The notes beneath the pieces were generated by a model, which saw only the letters and a list, made by a program, of their open reading frames with translations, searched no databases and had not been told where the DNA came from. From NCBI GenBank assembly GCA_964411375.1, contig CAYPKR010000003.1:7237-71236 (forward strand): a stretch of 64,000 nucleotides of DNA. Direction: 5' to 3'. Source of the stretch: an uncultured Candidatus Saccharibacteria bacterium (GTDB taxonomy: Bacteria; Patescibacteriota; Minisyncoccia; Phycocordibacterales; UBA12088). The translations under genes were made by a program, and so were the position numbers. Positions 7,796-17,666 of this stretch are shown here, in pieces (the stretch's first letter is position 1; every line of letters starts with the position of its first letter).

Positions 7796-9622
7796 ATGAA
7801 TCCCGATGAGCGAGTGACATATTTTGCAGAAACGGATGCGAGAGGAAAACGTGTTCGCTTCGGTATCAAAGCAAAGGATCGTTCGCGTCATATGTACGTG
7901 ATCGGCAAAACCGGTATGGGTAAATCGACCTTGCTTGAGAATATGGCGATTCAGGATATTCAAAATGGGGAAGGAATGACTTTCATCGATCCGCACGGTT
8001 CAACTGCCGAAAAATTACTTGATTACATTCCAGAAGATCGTATCAAGGATGTCTTATATTTTGCGCCATTCGACCTCGAATATCCGATTTCATTTAATGT
8101 GCTTGAACAAGTTGAGCCTGATAAGCGGCACTTGGTCGTCTCTGGTCTCATGGCGACGTTTGAAAAAATCTGGGTGGATGCATGGTCGGCGCGTATGGCG
8201 TACATTCTCCAAAATACGCTCTTGGCACTTCTCGAATATCCAGGTGCGACGATCCTTGGCGTTAATCGTATGTATTCTGACAAGGATTTTAGAAAGCGTG
8301 TGATTGAACATCTTACTGATCCGACCGCACGCTCATTTTGGGTTGATGAATATTCAAAATATACCGATCGCTATACGCAAGAAGCGACGCCAGCAATCCA
8401 AAACAAAATCGGTCAATTCGCATCAAATGCGCTTGTCCGTAATATCATCGGTCAGCCTCGATCGAGTTTTGATATTCGCAAATTAATGGACGAGAGAAAA
8501 ATCTTTATTGTTAACCTCTCAAAAGGACGAGTTGGTGAGGGAAATGCAAATCTCTTAGGCTCAATGCTTATCACTAAAATTTATCTCGCCGCAATGTCTC
8601 GTGCTGATTCGATTGGTCCAGTGCTTCGAGGACTTCCAAATTCGTATCTCTACGTAGACGAGTTTCAGTCATTTGCCAATCGATCGTTTGCAGATATTCT
8701 CTCCGAGGCGCGTAAATACAAATTGAATCTCACCATTGCGCATCAATATATCGAACAGATGGAAGAAGAAGTGCGTGCGGCAGTCTTCGGTAACGTCGGT
8801 ACCATGGTCGCATTCCGTGTTGGGTCATATGACGCAGAAACACTCGAGAAAGAATTCGCGCCAGTATTTACCATGGAAGACATTGTGAATCTCGGGTTCG
8901 CGCAGACGTATCTAAAACTCATGATTGACGGCGTTGCGTCCCAGCCGTTTTCTGCAGTTACGCTCGGTCCAATCGAAGCGCCAACAATCTCTAATCGCGA
9001 CCGGGCAATTGCGTATTCGCGCGCGCAATATGCGGCACGAAGGTCTGATACCGAAGAAACGATTCGCAAATGGCATGAGCCGGTTGTTCCAATAATCGGT
9101 GCGACTACTGCACCACCTTCTCAAAGAAGCGATGAGCGACGTTCGTTTGATAGTAATTCGCGACGAATGGAGCGTAGAGATGATTCTCCTCGTCCACCAA
9201 GAACTGATGATCGCCGACCTCGCGAAAACACGGAGCGACGAGAAGCTCCTCGAATAGAACGAGTTCCCGAACATCGCGATGCTCCGTCATCAGTTGTGCA
9301 AACTCCTGCGTCTCTCAAAGAAGTATTGGCGCGGATTGCAAATGCCGAAAAAGAAAAGCAGCAAGAAAAACAACAATCAAAAGAGCAGGCTCCTCGTGTT
9401 GAAAAAAATGATTCAAACGAACATCGCAAAAATACTTCTCATGCAAACCCTGATCAAAAAAGTGGCAACACCAATGAGCGAGAAAAACTCAAAGAAGCGC
9501 TCCAACATCTTGCAGAAAAAAAGCCGAATGGAGAGCATACAGAATCAAGACCGCACATGGCTCCAGAAGTATCAGAAGATGAACTTCGCAAATTACTGTA
9601 CGTCGAAGAACCTCCTAAATAG
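7796..9622 (+). CDS. VirD4/TraG/TraD-like type IV coupling-protein family P-loop ATPase with long low-complexity charged C-terminal tail
   Basis: Walker A IGKTGMGKST, Walker B-like YVDEFQSF, about 430-aa ATPase core then about 170 aa R/E/K/D/S-rich tail. Confidence 0.55.
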   Translation: MNPDERVTYFAETDARGKRVRFGIKAKDRSRHMYVIGKTGMGKSTLLENMAIQDIQNGEGMTFIDPHGSTAEKLLDYIPEDRIKDVLYFAPFDLEYPISFNVLEQVEPDKRHLVVSGLMATFEKIWVDAWSARMAYILQNTLLALLEYPGATILGVNRMYSDKDFRKRVIEHLTDPTARSFWVDEYSKYTDRYTQEATPAIQNKIGQFASNALVRNIIGQPRSSFDIRKLMDERKIFIVNLSKGRVGEGNANLLGSMLITKIYLAAMSRADSIGPVLRGLPNSYLYVDEFQSFANRSFADILSEARKYKLNLTIAHQYIEQMEEEVRAAVFGNVGTMVAFRVGSYDAETLEKEFAPVFTMEDIVNLGFAQTYLKLMIDGVASQPFSAVTLGPIEAPTISNRDRAIAYSRAQYAARRSDTEETIRKWHEPVVPIIGATTAPPSQRSDERRSFDSNSRRMERRDDSPRPPRTDDRRPRENTERREAPRIERVPEHRDAPSSVVQTPASLKEVLARIANAEKEKQQEKQQSKEQAPRVEKNDSNEHRKNTSHANPDQKSGNTNEREKLKEALQHLAEKKPNGEHTESRPHMAPEVSEDELRKLLYVEEPPK

Positions 9623-9668
9623 CTAGAATCAGATTTTTCCGAATTTGGTGTCTATTGTGTACGACGAT

Positions 9669-11159
9669 ATGCACAGTGGTAAAATCCATCACATATATTT
9701 GAGCGCGGCGCGGTGTTCGGCATTTGCCTTACTCCTTCTGCCGATTCATGCATCTGCCTCAGTTCTCATCAACGAAGTTGCGTGGATGGGAAGTCTAGTG
9801 TCCGCAAATGACGAATGGATCGAACTTCGAAATGTTGGAAGTAGCGCAGTCGATCTTTCTGGATATACGCTGACTTCTGGAAATGGATCGCTTCATGTAC
9901 CGATCTCGGGTTCAATCGCAGGAAGCGGATATTTTCTTTTGGAGCGAACTGACGATTCGACGGTACCAAATGTAGTTGCCGATCAAATTTATTCTGGCTC
10001 GCTCACGAATGTGGGCGATTCGCTGACACTTAAAAATGCATCGGGTTCAGTTGTTGATACTGTTTCTGGCGGAGAAAATTGGGGAAATATCGGCGGAGAC
10101 AATACTACCAAAGATACCGCGCAAAGAACCGAAAGTGGTTGGATTACTGCCGCAGGAACTCCGCGCCGAGATAACGCAACTAGTGGAGCCACACCAACTC
10201 CAGCACCTTCAAATTCAAGTGGGACGGCAACTGCATCTAAATCATCGGCAACTTCTCTAAAACAAAATGAACCAGAAGATCCCGGCATGACGGTTTCTGC
10301 GGGAGGCGATCGAATGGGACTTATCGGATCGGATATTTCATTTTCAGCGACTGCATACGGTAAAGAAAAGAAGCCGATCCTGAATGCGAATTACGCATGG
10401 ACGTTTGGTGACGGTACATCCAAAGAGGGAACACATGTCGTGCATCAATATTCGATTCCCGGTGATTACGCAGTTATGGTAAATGTCGGCAATATTGATT
10501 CAAAAACAATGGTGACGGATCGGATTATTGTTCATGTGCGTGAAGCATCATTTGTGCTCACGCCGAACAATGACGGTTCTCTCACACTTTCCAACCAAGA
10601 TGCGGATGATATCGACATTGGAGGATTCATACTCACCGGCTCAGGAAAACAATTCACTCTACCACTTCACACCATTATTCTTGGCGAAGGATTTATCAGG
10701 TTTATGCCGAGCATTCTTGGTTTTTCTGGAGATCAATCGAGTATGCTTTTGTATCAAAGTGGAGCAGTTGCAACTCGTGTCGAAGTTTCGGAAACTGCCT
10801 CTGGTAACCAATTGCCCGCAGGAATGGTTAGTGGAAAGATAGCGGATTTGCCAAAAGAGGAAATAATTTCGTCTAAAAAGACATCCGGCGCTAATACCGA
10901 AGGGATTCCTGCTCCTCAAAAAGGCAGTGCAAAAGTGAGTGAGGAAAAAATCCCGCCGCAAGCGGAGCTTGCGGCGGGAGCAGGGAATTCAATTTCCGAT
11001 TCTGGAAAATTCTCGTCATTATTGCTCTGGTTCTTGCTTCTCGTAGCACTTCTTGGTTCGGCGATCGCGGCGGTCATTATCGTTCGAAGACAACCGATCG
11101 AGTCCTTACTCACCGCTGATGCTTTTTCGATCGTCGAAGAAGAGGATCCGCTGGTGTAA
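9669..11159 (+). CDS. secreted/anchored surface protein with lamin-tail domain (LTD) and PKD domain, C-terminal TM anchor
   Basis: signal peptide; VLINEVAWMGS...DEWIELRN...DLSGYTL (LTD signature); YAWTFGDGT...GDYAVMVNV (PKD); C-terminal hydrophobic helix + RRQP. Confidence 0.7.
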   Translation: MHSGKIHHIYLSAARCSAFALLLLPIHASASVLINEVAWMGSLVSANDEWIELRNVGSSAVDLSGYTLTSGNGSLHVPISGSIAGSGYFLLERTDDSTVPNVVADQIYSGSLTNVGDSLTLKNASGSVVDTVSGGENWGNIGGDNTTKDTAQRTESGWITAAGTPRRDNATSGATPTPAPSNSSGTATASKSSATSLKQNEPEDPGMTVSAGGDRMGLIGSDISFSATAYGKEKKPILNANYAWTFGDGTSKEGTHVVHQYSIPGDYAVMVNVGNIDSKTMVTDRIIVHVREASFVLTPNNDGSLTLSNQDADDIDIGGFILTGSGKQFTLPLHTIILGEGFIRFMPSILGFSGDQSSMLLYQSGAVATRVEVSETASGNQLPAGMVSGKIADLPKEEIISSKKTSGANTEGIPAPQKGSAKVSEEKIPPQAELAAGAGNSISDSGKFSSLLLWFLLLVALLGSAIAAVIIVRRQPIESLLTADAFSIVEEEDPLV

Positions 11160-11197
11160 TTGACGGCATGCGAGTAATGCGCTTTTCTTAGTCTCTA

Positions 11198-12640
11198 ATG
11201 GATGTTTCGAAACAAAAACTTATTCTCGTAACAGGAGGAGCCGGCTTCATCGGCTCGAATTTGTGTGATCGGTTGGTTATAGGAGGTCACAAAGTTATCT
11301 CACTTGATAACTATTTCGCTGGCTCCAAAGAAAATCATGTCGACGGAGTCGAATATCGTGAAGGACACACCAAAGATATCGAAAAATTAATCCCTGAAAC
11401 GCCAGATATTATTTATCATCTTGGTGAATATTCGAGAGTTGAACAGAGTGTACTTGAGCCGGAAGTTGTTGAAGATTTAAATACTGTCGGCACCACCGCA
11501 GTCATTGAATTTTGGAAGCAGAGAAAATCGAAATTGGTATATGCAGGGTCATCTACGAAATTTGGCGATAACGGCAAGGCACGTGAGGCAACGCCGTATG
11601 CACGAACCAAGGCAGACAATACGGAACGAGTGAAAGCAGTGGGAGAGCGGGAAAAATTACCGTACGCAATTACTTATTTTTACAACGTATACGGTCCCCG
11701 CGAACGCTCCGGCATGTACGGCACCGTTATTGAAATATTCAAACAGATGTATCTCTCCGGTGCGCCACTCACGGTTACGACTCCGGGCACTCAAGAGCGG
11801 AATTTCACTCACGTCGATGATATCGTCGACGGACTCATTGTTGTTGGAGAGAAAGGGGAAGGAGATGAGTTTGGGCTCGGAAACAGTGAACGGTTTACCA
11901 TACTCGAAGTTGCGCATCTTTTTTCCGCTTCGGTCGTGATGCTTCCTCCGCGCGAAGGGAATCGGATGATGAGCGCACTCGATACAACCAAATCATTGTC
12001 CCTTGGATGGCGCGCGAAGAGAACACTTCGAGAATATATTGGCGCGTTTGTATCGGAAAACCACAAAGCAGTCACGCACGACATCCGCATTTTGATATTT
12101 TCAACGACGTTCTATCCAACCATCGGTCCCGCAGAAGAAGCATTGATTACGCTTATGCAAAAAATGCCGCACGTGCAATTTGATGTAATTACTGCTGCAT
12201 TCGATGCTCGGCATTCCGAAACATTGGCACTGCCAATTTCTAATGCAACAGTATATCGGGTGGGATTTGGTAATCGGTTCGATAAATTTTTACTTCCGAT
12301 ACTTGGTGCAAGAAAAGCACGATCGCTTGTCAAGAAACATCGGTACTTATTTGCATGGTCTTTGATGGCAAGCTATGCGACACTTGCTGCGATTTTTTCA
12401 GGGCGCAGAAAAGACTTGCCACTCCTCGTCACGCTCGCCGATCAGCGAATCACCTGGTATACACGCCTCTTTCTCTCGTTTGTACTTACTGGAGCCGATC
12501 AAGTGTATGCAACAATTTCGTCCCACGAAAAATATGTTGCCGGAAAGGCACGTCAGCGTTCTATGGGGCATGGTGACGATTTTGCCAATCAAATCCGCTT
12601 TTCATACCAAAGCATTTTGGCGAAAAATAATACTATATGA
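11198..12640 (+). CDS. NAD-dependent epimerase/dehydratase (UXS-like extended SDR) fused in-frame to an orphan GT-B N-terminal (Glyco_trans_4-like) domain
   Basis: VTGGAGFIGSNL + LDNYFAGSKEN (UXS-like); residues about 300-480 align with N-terminus of downstream GT4 (ILIFSxTYYP...GGAEVA...RIGF). Confidence 0.7.
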   Translation: MDVSKQKLILVTGGAGFIGSNLCDRLVIGGHKVISLDNYFAGSKENHVDGVEYREGHTKDIEKLIPETPDIIYHLGEYSRVEQSVLEPEVVEDLNTVGTTAVIEFWKQRKSKLVYAGSSTKFGDNGKAREATPYARTKADNTERVKAVGEREKLPYAITYFYNVYGPRERSGMYGTVIEIFKQMYLSGAPLTVTTPGTQERNFTHVDDIVDGLIVVGEKGEGDEFGLGNSERFTILEVAHLFSASVVMLPPREGNRMMSALDTTKSLSLGWRAKRTLREYIGAFVSENHKAVTHDIRILIFSTTFYPTIGPAEEALITLMQKMPHVQFDVITAAFDARHSETLALPISNATVYRVGFGNRFDKFLLPILGARKARSLVKKHRYLFAWSLMASYATLAAIFSGRRKDLPLLVTLADQRITWYTRLFLSFVLTGADQVYATISSHEKYVAGKARQRSMGHGDDFANQIRFSYQSILAKNNTI

Positions 12641-13851
12641 AAAAAATTCTTATTTTTTCCCTCACCTATTACCCAAAATTTGTGGGTGGTGCGGAAGTCG
12701 CTATTAAAGAAATCACGAACCGAATTGACCCTTCTGAAATCGAATTTCATATGGTAACGCTTCGGATGGATTCGACGCTTCCCAGGGAAGAAAAGATCGG
12801 CAATGTCATTGTCCACCGGATCGGATTTTCAAAACCGAATCCGACGATGGCGGATTTGAAGCGGTTTCCACTTCATTTCAATAAATTTCTATTTCAGTTC
12901 ACCGCTTTTTTTGCCGCGGCCTCGCTCCACCGTACATATCATTTCGATGCCGTGTGGGGAATGATGGCGCATTCGACGGGCGTGCCTGCCGGTATCTTCA
13001 AAACTTTTTTCCCCAAGGTTTCGTACATCCTGACTTTGCAGGAGGGGGATCCGATTCCGCATATCGAAAAAACCATGCGTCCTCTCTGGCCCCTCTTCAC
13101 CCGCGGTTTCTCAAAGGCCGATGTCATTCAGCCGATTTCGACATTTCTTGGAAAATGGGCAGAAGCGCGCGGATTCAAAGGTAGACTCGAAATTATTCCG
13201 AATGCAGTTAACATCGCGCATTTTTCAAAAGAATATTCGGACGCTGAACTCAAACTGATCAAAGAAGCACTCGAAAAAAAAGACGGTGATATTTTCCTGA
13301 TCACCACTTCAAGGCTCGTGCACAAAAATGCGGTTGATGATGTGATAAATGCATTGCCATCTTTACCAACCCATGTGCATTTTGCAGTACTCGGGATCGG
13401 TCCTGACGAAGAAATGCTTCGCTCGCTGGCAAAAGAAAAGGGCGTGGAGACCCGCGTGCACTTCTTAGGGCAGATTGGCCACGCCGATCTTCCTAAATAT
13501 TTGAAAGCATCCGACATTTTTATTCGGCCAAGTCGATCGGAAGGAATGGGGAATTCATTCATAGAGGCGATGGCATCGGGAGTGCCGGTTATTGCAACGC
13601 AGGAAGGCGGCATTGCAGATTTTCTGTTTGATCCTGAAAAAAATCCTGAACAAAATGCAACTGGTTTTGCGGTTGCCGCAGATTCTCCTGAAGAAATCGC
13701 AAAAAAAACGCGCTGGATTTTGGAACATCCGATTAAAGTATCGAAAATCGGTGAGACTGCTCGAACCATGGTATTTGAAAAATACGATTGGAATCTAATC
13801 GCAAAAAATATGGAAGAGCGAGTGTTCAAACCGGTGTTGACGAAGAAATAA
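12637..13851 (+). CDS. glycosyltransferase family 4 (GT-B)
   Basis: N-terminal Glyco_trans_4-like domain and C-terminal GT1/4 motif SRSEGMGNSFIEAMASGVPVIAT; start overlaps previous stop (ATGA). Confidence 0.8.
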   Translation: MKKILIFSLTYYPKFVGGAEVAIKEITNRIDPSEIEFHMVTLRMDSTLPREEKIGNVIVHRIGFSKPNPTMADLKRFPLHFNKFLFQFTAFFAAASLHRTYHFDAVWGMMAHSTGVPAGIFKTFFPKVSYILTLQEGDPIPHIEKTMRPLWPLFTRGFSKADVIQPISTFLGKWAEARGFKGRLEIIPNAVNIAHFSKEYSDAELKLIKEALEKKDGDIFLITTSRLVHKNAVDDVINALPSLPTHVHFAVLGIGPDEEMLRSLAKEKGVETRVHFLGQIGHADLPKYLKASDIFIRPSRSEGMGNSFIEAMASGVPVIATQEGGIADFLFDPEKNPEQNATGFAVAADSPEEIAKKTRWILEHPIKVSKIGETARTMVFEKYDWNLIAKNMEERVFKPVLTKK

Positions 13852-14290
13852 AAAGGAATATTGTTTTGACAGCTAGTTTGAACATCGGCAATCCCGTCGA
13901 AAAATCTTCGAGGAATCTAGCAATGCAAGCCATGATGCCGGCCACGGGGCGTTGGTTTTGTGAGGGAGATCCTCTGGTAGAATTTACGCCCCCCAGCCTT
14001 CGGCAAGTCGTACCCTTGTTCTAGCGATGCCGGTGGAGGAAGCCCCAGCTCGGATGCGGCCACTCATTCCGCTCGAGGCATTTCCGCCCGGCGTAAAGCA
14101 GTTGGCGGAGATCGGGATCGCCATGACCAAAATGACGATCACACTCGCCCTCCTTGGCAGCAAGACTCTCGAGATGAATGCCATGTTCTGGCTCACTGGT
14201 AAGGTGGTACCACGTTGATCATCGCGCGCCCTGTCCCTCTCTGGACGGGGCGCTGCATCGTTTTCGGAGAAAGATGAGTATACTAAGAAT
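13852..14290. other. GC-rich (about 57%) 439-bp non-coding region with multiple hairpins/palindromes; possible structured RNA or regulatory region
   Basis: no credible ORF; hairpin gcgccctgtcc-ctctct-ggacggggcgc at 14227-14256; 10-bp palindrome gtggtaccac; minus strand contains UUCGACGGGAUU (tmRNA D-loop-like 12-mer) but geometry does not fit a canonical tmRNA. Confidence 0.3.
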
Positions 14291-15403
14291 ATGAAGATTC
14301 TTCTGGCAACCCCCCTGTATCCTCCCGAAATTGGTGGTCCGGCAACGCATGCGGAAATTGTAGTCCGCGAGTTTCCCAAACATGGAATCAAGGTGAGGTT
14401 GCTCCCATTTTCTCGCGTGCGATTTCTTCCTAAAATCATCCGACACTTTGCATATTTTATTCTGTGCGTTTGGCATGCAATTGGCGTGGATATTGTGTAT
14501 GCGCTTGATCCGGTGTCAGTCGGATTTCCTGCGTCTCTTGCCGCAAGACTGCTTCGGAAAAAATTGTATCTTCGTGTTCCCGGCGATTATGCATGGGAGC
14601 AAGGTCAACAGCGATATCGCATTATTTTGCCGCTGGATGAATTTGTAGTTGCAAAAAATTTGCCACAAGGAGTTCAGCGACTTCAAAAAATTCAAACCTC
14701 TGTTGCGACAAAGGCAGATGGTGTCATCGTCCCATCAAAATATTTGGGCGGAATCGTAGAAAAATGGGGAATTAATCCTGCAAAAATTAAAGTAGTGTAT
14801 AGTTCCATTCATTTTCCTGAAGCACTTCCAGACAAAAAAGCAGTGCGCGAGAAACTCGGCATCAATGGCCCATACATTGTAAGTGCTGGCAGACTTGTTC
14901 CGTGGAAAGGATTTTCTGCTTTGATTGAGACGATTTCACAACTCAAGGAATCATTTCCAAATAGTATGCTTGGCATTGCTGGAGATGGGCCCGACGCGAC
15001 AATTTTGCGTCAAGGTGCCCTCGATCGGAACGTACAGGACAATGTCCAATTTCTTGGGCGAGTTCCATCTGCTGAACTTCTCGAACATATTGTCGCCGCT
15101 GATATTTTTATTCTGAATACAAATTATGAAGGATTGTCGCACCAGCTAATCGAAGTAATGCATGCAGGAACACCAATCATCACGACCAATGTTGGTGGGA
15201 ACACCGAGCTTATAGAAAACGGTACCGAGGGAACACTCGTAGCGTATAATGATACAAAGGCATTGCAATCGGTGGTTCAATCCATCCTTGCGGATCCGCG
15301 TACTGCAGAGCAAATGGCGAAAGCTGCAAAAGTACATGCTGCTTCGTTTACTGAAGCAAATATGATCCAAGCACTCGTTCCGTTATTCCAATATTCAAAA
15401 TAA
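14291..15403 (+). CDS. glycosyltransferase family 4
   Basis: GT-B architecture; ILNTNYEGLSHQLIEVMHAGTPIITTNVGG C-terminal motif. Confidence 0.8.
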   Translation: MKILLATPLYPPEIGGPATHAEIVVREFPKHGIKVRLLPFSRVRFLPKIIRHFAYFILCVWHAIGVDIVYALDPVSVGFPASLAARLLRKKLYLRVPGDYAWEQGQQRYRIILPLDEFVVAKNLPQGVQRLQKIQTSVATKADGVIVPSKYLGGIVEKWGINPAKIKVVYSSIHFPEALPDKKAVREKLGINGPYIVSAGRLVPWKGFSALIETISQLKESFPNSMLGIAGDGPDATILRQGALDRNVQDNVQFLGRVPSAELLEHIVAADIFILNTNYEGLSHQLIEVMHAGTPIITTNVGGNTELIENGTEGTLVAYNDTKALQSVVQSILADPRTAEQMAKAAKVHAASFTEANMIQALVPLFQYSK

Positions 15404-15407
15404 TTCT

Positions 15408-16544
15408 ATGCGCGTTCTCATGATTTCAACTGACCGAGGTATCTTCGATCCGAAGAGTGTCGTCCGCGCGCGAATGATCCAGTACGGGGGCATTGTTGAA
15501 TCGCTGCATATCGTTGTGCTCGCAACAGCAGCGGGACATTTCAAAGATGGGGCGATTGCAGAAAATGTGTTTGTGTATTCGACCAATTCATTCAGTCGAT
15601 ATTTCTATCCGTTTGATGCGATGTGGAAGGCAAAACAACTGCAACTCAAATTTGATATGGTGACTGCCCAAGATCCCTTTGAATGCGGACTCGCTGCGTG
15701 GCGAATTGCAAAGCGAGCGCGCGTACCGTTTGAGCTTCAAGTCCATACTGATTTTGGGAGCAAATATTTTAAACGCGAAAGTGGGCTCAATCGCACTCGC
15801 GTACGAATTGCGAAGATTACGCTTCCGCGCGCAAACGCGGTTCGCGTTGTTTCAGAGCGTGTTGCGGAGGCAGTGCGTCCACTGACGAAAGCATCAGTCA
15901 CGATTCTTCCGATTTTTGTTGATATCAATCAGATAAGTACCACCAATCCATCGTTCTCACTTCGCACCCATTTTCCCGATTTTACATTTATTATTTTGAT
16001 GGCATCAAGATTGGAGCCGGAAAAAAATATTCCGATCGCACTTCGTGCACTCAAAACAGTGATCCAAAAATATCCGAGAACCGGTCTCGTTATTCTCGGC
16101 GAAGGATTTAAAAGAGCGGGACTCGAAGCGGAAGCAAAATCACTCGGAATAGAAGATCATGTGAAATTTCTTGGCTGGCAAAATGATCTGATTTCATATT
16201 ACAAAGGTGCAAGTATGTTTCTTCTGACATCGACATACGAAGGGTACGGTCAGGTATTAGTTGAAGCGGCGGCGGCGAATTGCCCAATTGTTTCAACTGA
16301 TGTTGGAATTGTGGGCAGTATTTTGAAAGACAATGAATCGGTGCTCGTCGTGCCGACCGGGGATGCCGACGCCACCGCCGAGAAAATCGCCGCATTTTTG
16401 ACCAATAACGATCTCCGCCGGAAACTCGCTGTAGGTGCCAGAGACGCTGTTTTTGCCGCAATTCCGGGCAGTTTTGGCGACTCTGTTGCACAAATGAAAT
16501 CCTCATGGGAGCAGATGATTGCGCCCAAAACAGGGACAAAGTAG
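15408..16544 (+). CDS. glycosyltransferase family 4
   Basis: LLTSTYEGYGQVLVEAAAANCPIVSTDVG motif; 378 aa. Confidence 0.8.
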   Translation: MRVLMISTDRGIFDPKSVVRARMIQYGGIVESLHIVVLATAAGHFKDGAIAENVFVYSTNSFSRYFYPFDAMWKAKQLQLKFDMVTAQDPFECGLAAWRIAKRARVPFELQVHTDFGSKYFKRESGLNRTRVRIAKITLPRANAVRVVSERVAEAVRPLTKASVTILPIFVDINQISTTNPSFSLRTHFPDFTFIILMASRLEPEKNIPIALRALKTVIQKYPRTGLVILGEGFKRAGLEAEAKSLGIEDHVKFLGWQNDLISYYKGASMFLLTSTYEGYGQVLVEAAAANCPIVSTDVGIVGSILKDNESVLVVPTGDADATAEKIAAFLTNNDLRRKLAVGARDAVFAAIPGSFGDSVAQMKSSWEQMIAPKTGTK

Positions 16545-16664
16545 GTCTTGACACCAAGGTAATTAGCTGGCTTTCTGCTTCAGGGTAGCTTCACGTACAG
16601 TAACTTAGACTGGCGGAGGATCGTTCTGTTCTCTAGGGCTTATGCCAAGAGGGAGTTCTTTGCC

Positions 16665-17666
16665 ATGACGAATGGAATCAATGTCGTGTCAGTCGGAGGA
16701 GGAGGTGCTCATGTCCGCATCGCTCAAGCTGTAAAACTGGTTGGTGAACGATCAGGTTTGCCAATCAACTATGCTGCTGTCGTGGGTTCACTAGATAGTG
16801 GTGGCTCTTCTGGAGAGCGTCGAAAGTACACCGGATGGTGCCTAGGCGATACTCGTCGGGTAGCGTCAGGGCTTATGCCGCCTGGAGTCGCGAAAGAATT
16901 CGAACTCCGTGATTCTGACGGAATAGCCGCTGGACAACTTATCCTTGAGAAATACCTCAAGGGAAGAGATCCTCGAGAAGCAATTCGATTGTTCTGTGAG
17001 GAATATGCGCTTCCAGGTCAGGTTTTCCCCGCAACGTTTACAGACGCGCATGTATTTTTGGAGTGCAACGATCGTACTCGTTTCAACGGTGAAGACGAAA
17101 TTTATAATGCCGATGTCGTCGCTCATGACGGCGTTTGCCGGTTGTGGATTTCTCCCGATACTGTGCCGAATCCTGATGCAGTCGCTGCAATAGGGCAGGC
17201 TGACGTAATCATCATTCCTCCCGGGACACTTCTGTGTTCCCTGAAGCCAACGATTATGACTGTGCGAGACGCGCTTCTTGCAAGCGATGCAACGTTCATC
17301 TGCTTTCCAAATCTATTCAATCGACAGAAGCACATGTTGCATAGCGCAACCGTTGACGATCACCTCGCGCTCATCGAAGAAGATTTGCGTCCAGGGATCA
17401 TTGATCATGTGTGCATTAATACCGCACCGTTTCCGGATGAGATCCTGCGTCTATATGGCGACGAGGCAAAAGCGCCGTCGTATGTGCTGAGCGCTGCCGG
17501 ACGGAATGTCCATGGCGCCGACCTCGTTGACGGGGAAGTAAATGTCTACCAACAAAGTGATGTTATCGCTGGGCTCCGCTCTCCGATGTCGCATCACTTC
17601 CCGTCAGTAGCACAAATACTCGATTCTATCTTCCGGCAAATTCTTACTCCGGGAGTGTACCAATGA
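16665..17666 (+). CDS. YvcK/CofD (UPF0052, 2-phospho-L-lactate transferase-like) family protein
   Basis: VVSVGGGGAH N-terminus and DSGGSSGERR motif matching the DDGGSSGRLR signature of YvcK/CofD; higher GC than neighbours. Confidence 0.6.
   Translation: MTNGINVVSVGGGGAHVRIAQAVKLVGERSGLPINYAAVVGSLDSGGSSGERRKYTGWCLGDTRRVASGLMPPGVAKEFELRDSDGIAAGQLILEKYLKGRDPREAIRLFCEEYALPGQVFPATFTDAHVFLECNDRTRFNGEDEIYNADVVAHDGVCRLWISPDTVPNPDAVAAIGQADVIIIPPGTLLCSLKPTIMTVRDALLASDATFICFPNLFNRQKHMLHSATVDDHLALIEEDLRPGIIDHVCINTAPFPDEILRLYGDEAKAPSYVLSAAGRNVHGADLVDGEVNVYQQSDVIAGLRSPMSHHFPSVAQILDSIFRQILTPGVYQ

Noticed and set aside
8743-9429. Several minus-strand ORFs (108, 120, 102 aa) inside the VirD4-like gene and its charged tail
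   Set aside because: Antisense to a gene with Walker motifs. They are Arg/Ser-rich products of the low-complexity tail region.
13128-13829. 233-aa antisense ORF inside GT4 gene 12637-13851
   Set aside because: It lies entirely antisense to a well-supported glycosyltransferase with clear motifs, and has no domain features.
13895-13925. tmRNA on minus strand suggested by UUCGACGGGAUU 12-mer
   Set aside because: No GGGG acceptor start upstream of the motif. A standard 350-nt tmRNA would extend about 250 nt antisense into the GT4 gene ending at 13851, and no tag-peptide-like reading frame or T-arm/CCA end was found. Kept only as a note inside the GC-rich region finding.
13984-14476. Minus-strand ORFs 13984-14439 (151 aa) and 14219-14476 (85 aa)
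   Set aside because: Pro/Arg/Gly-rich low-complexity translation typical of spurious ORFs in GC-rich DNA. They overlap the start of the GT4 gene at 14291.
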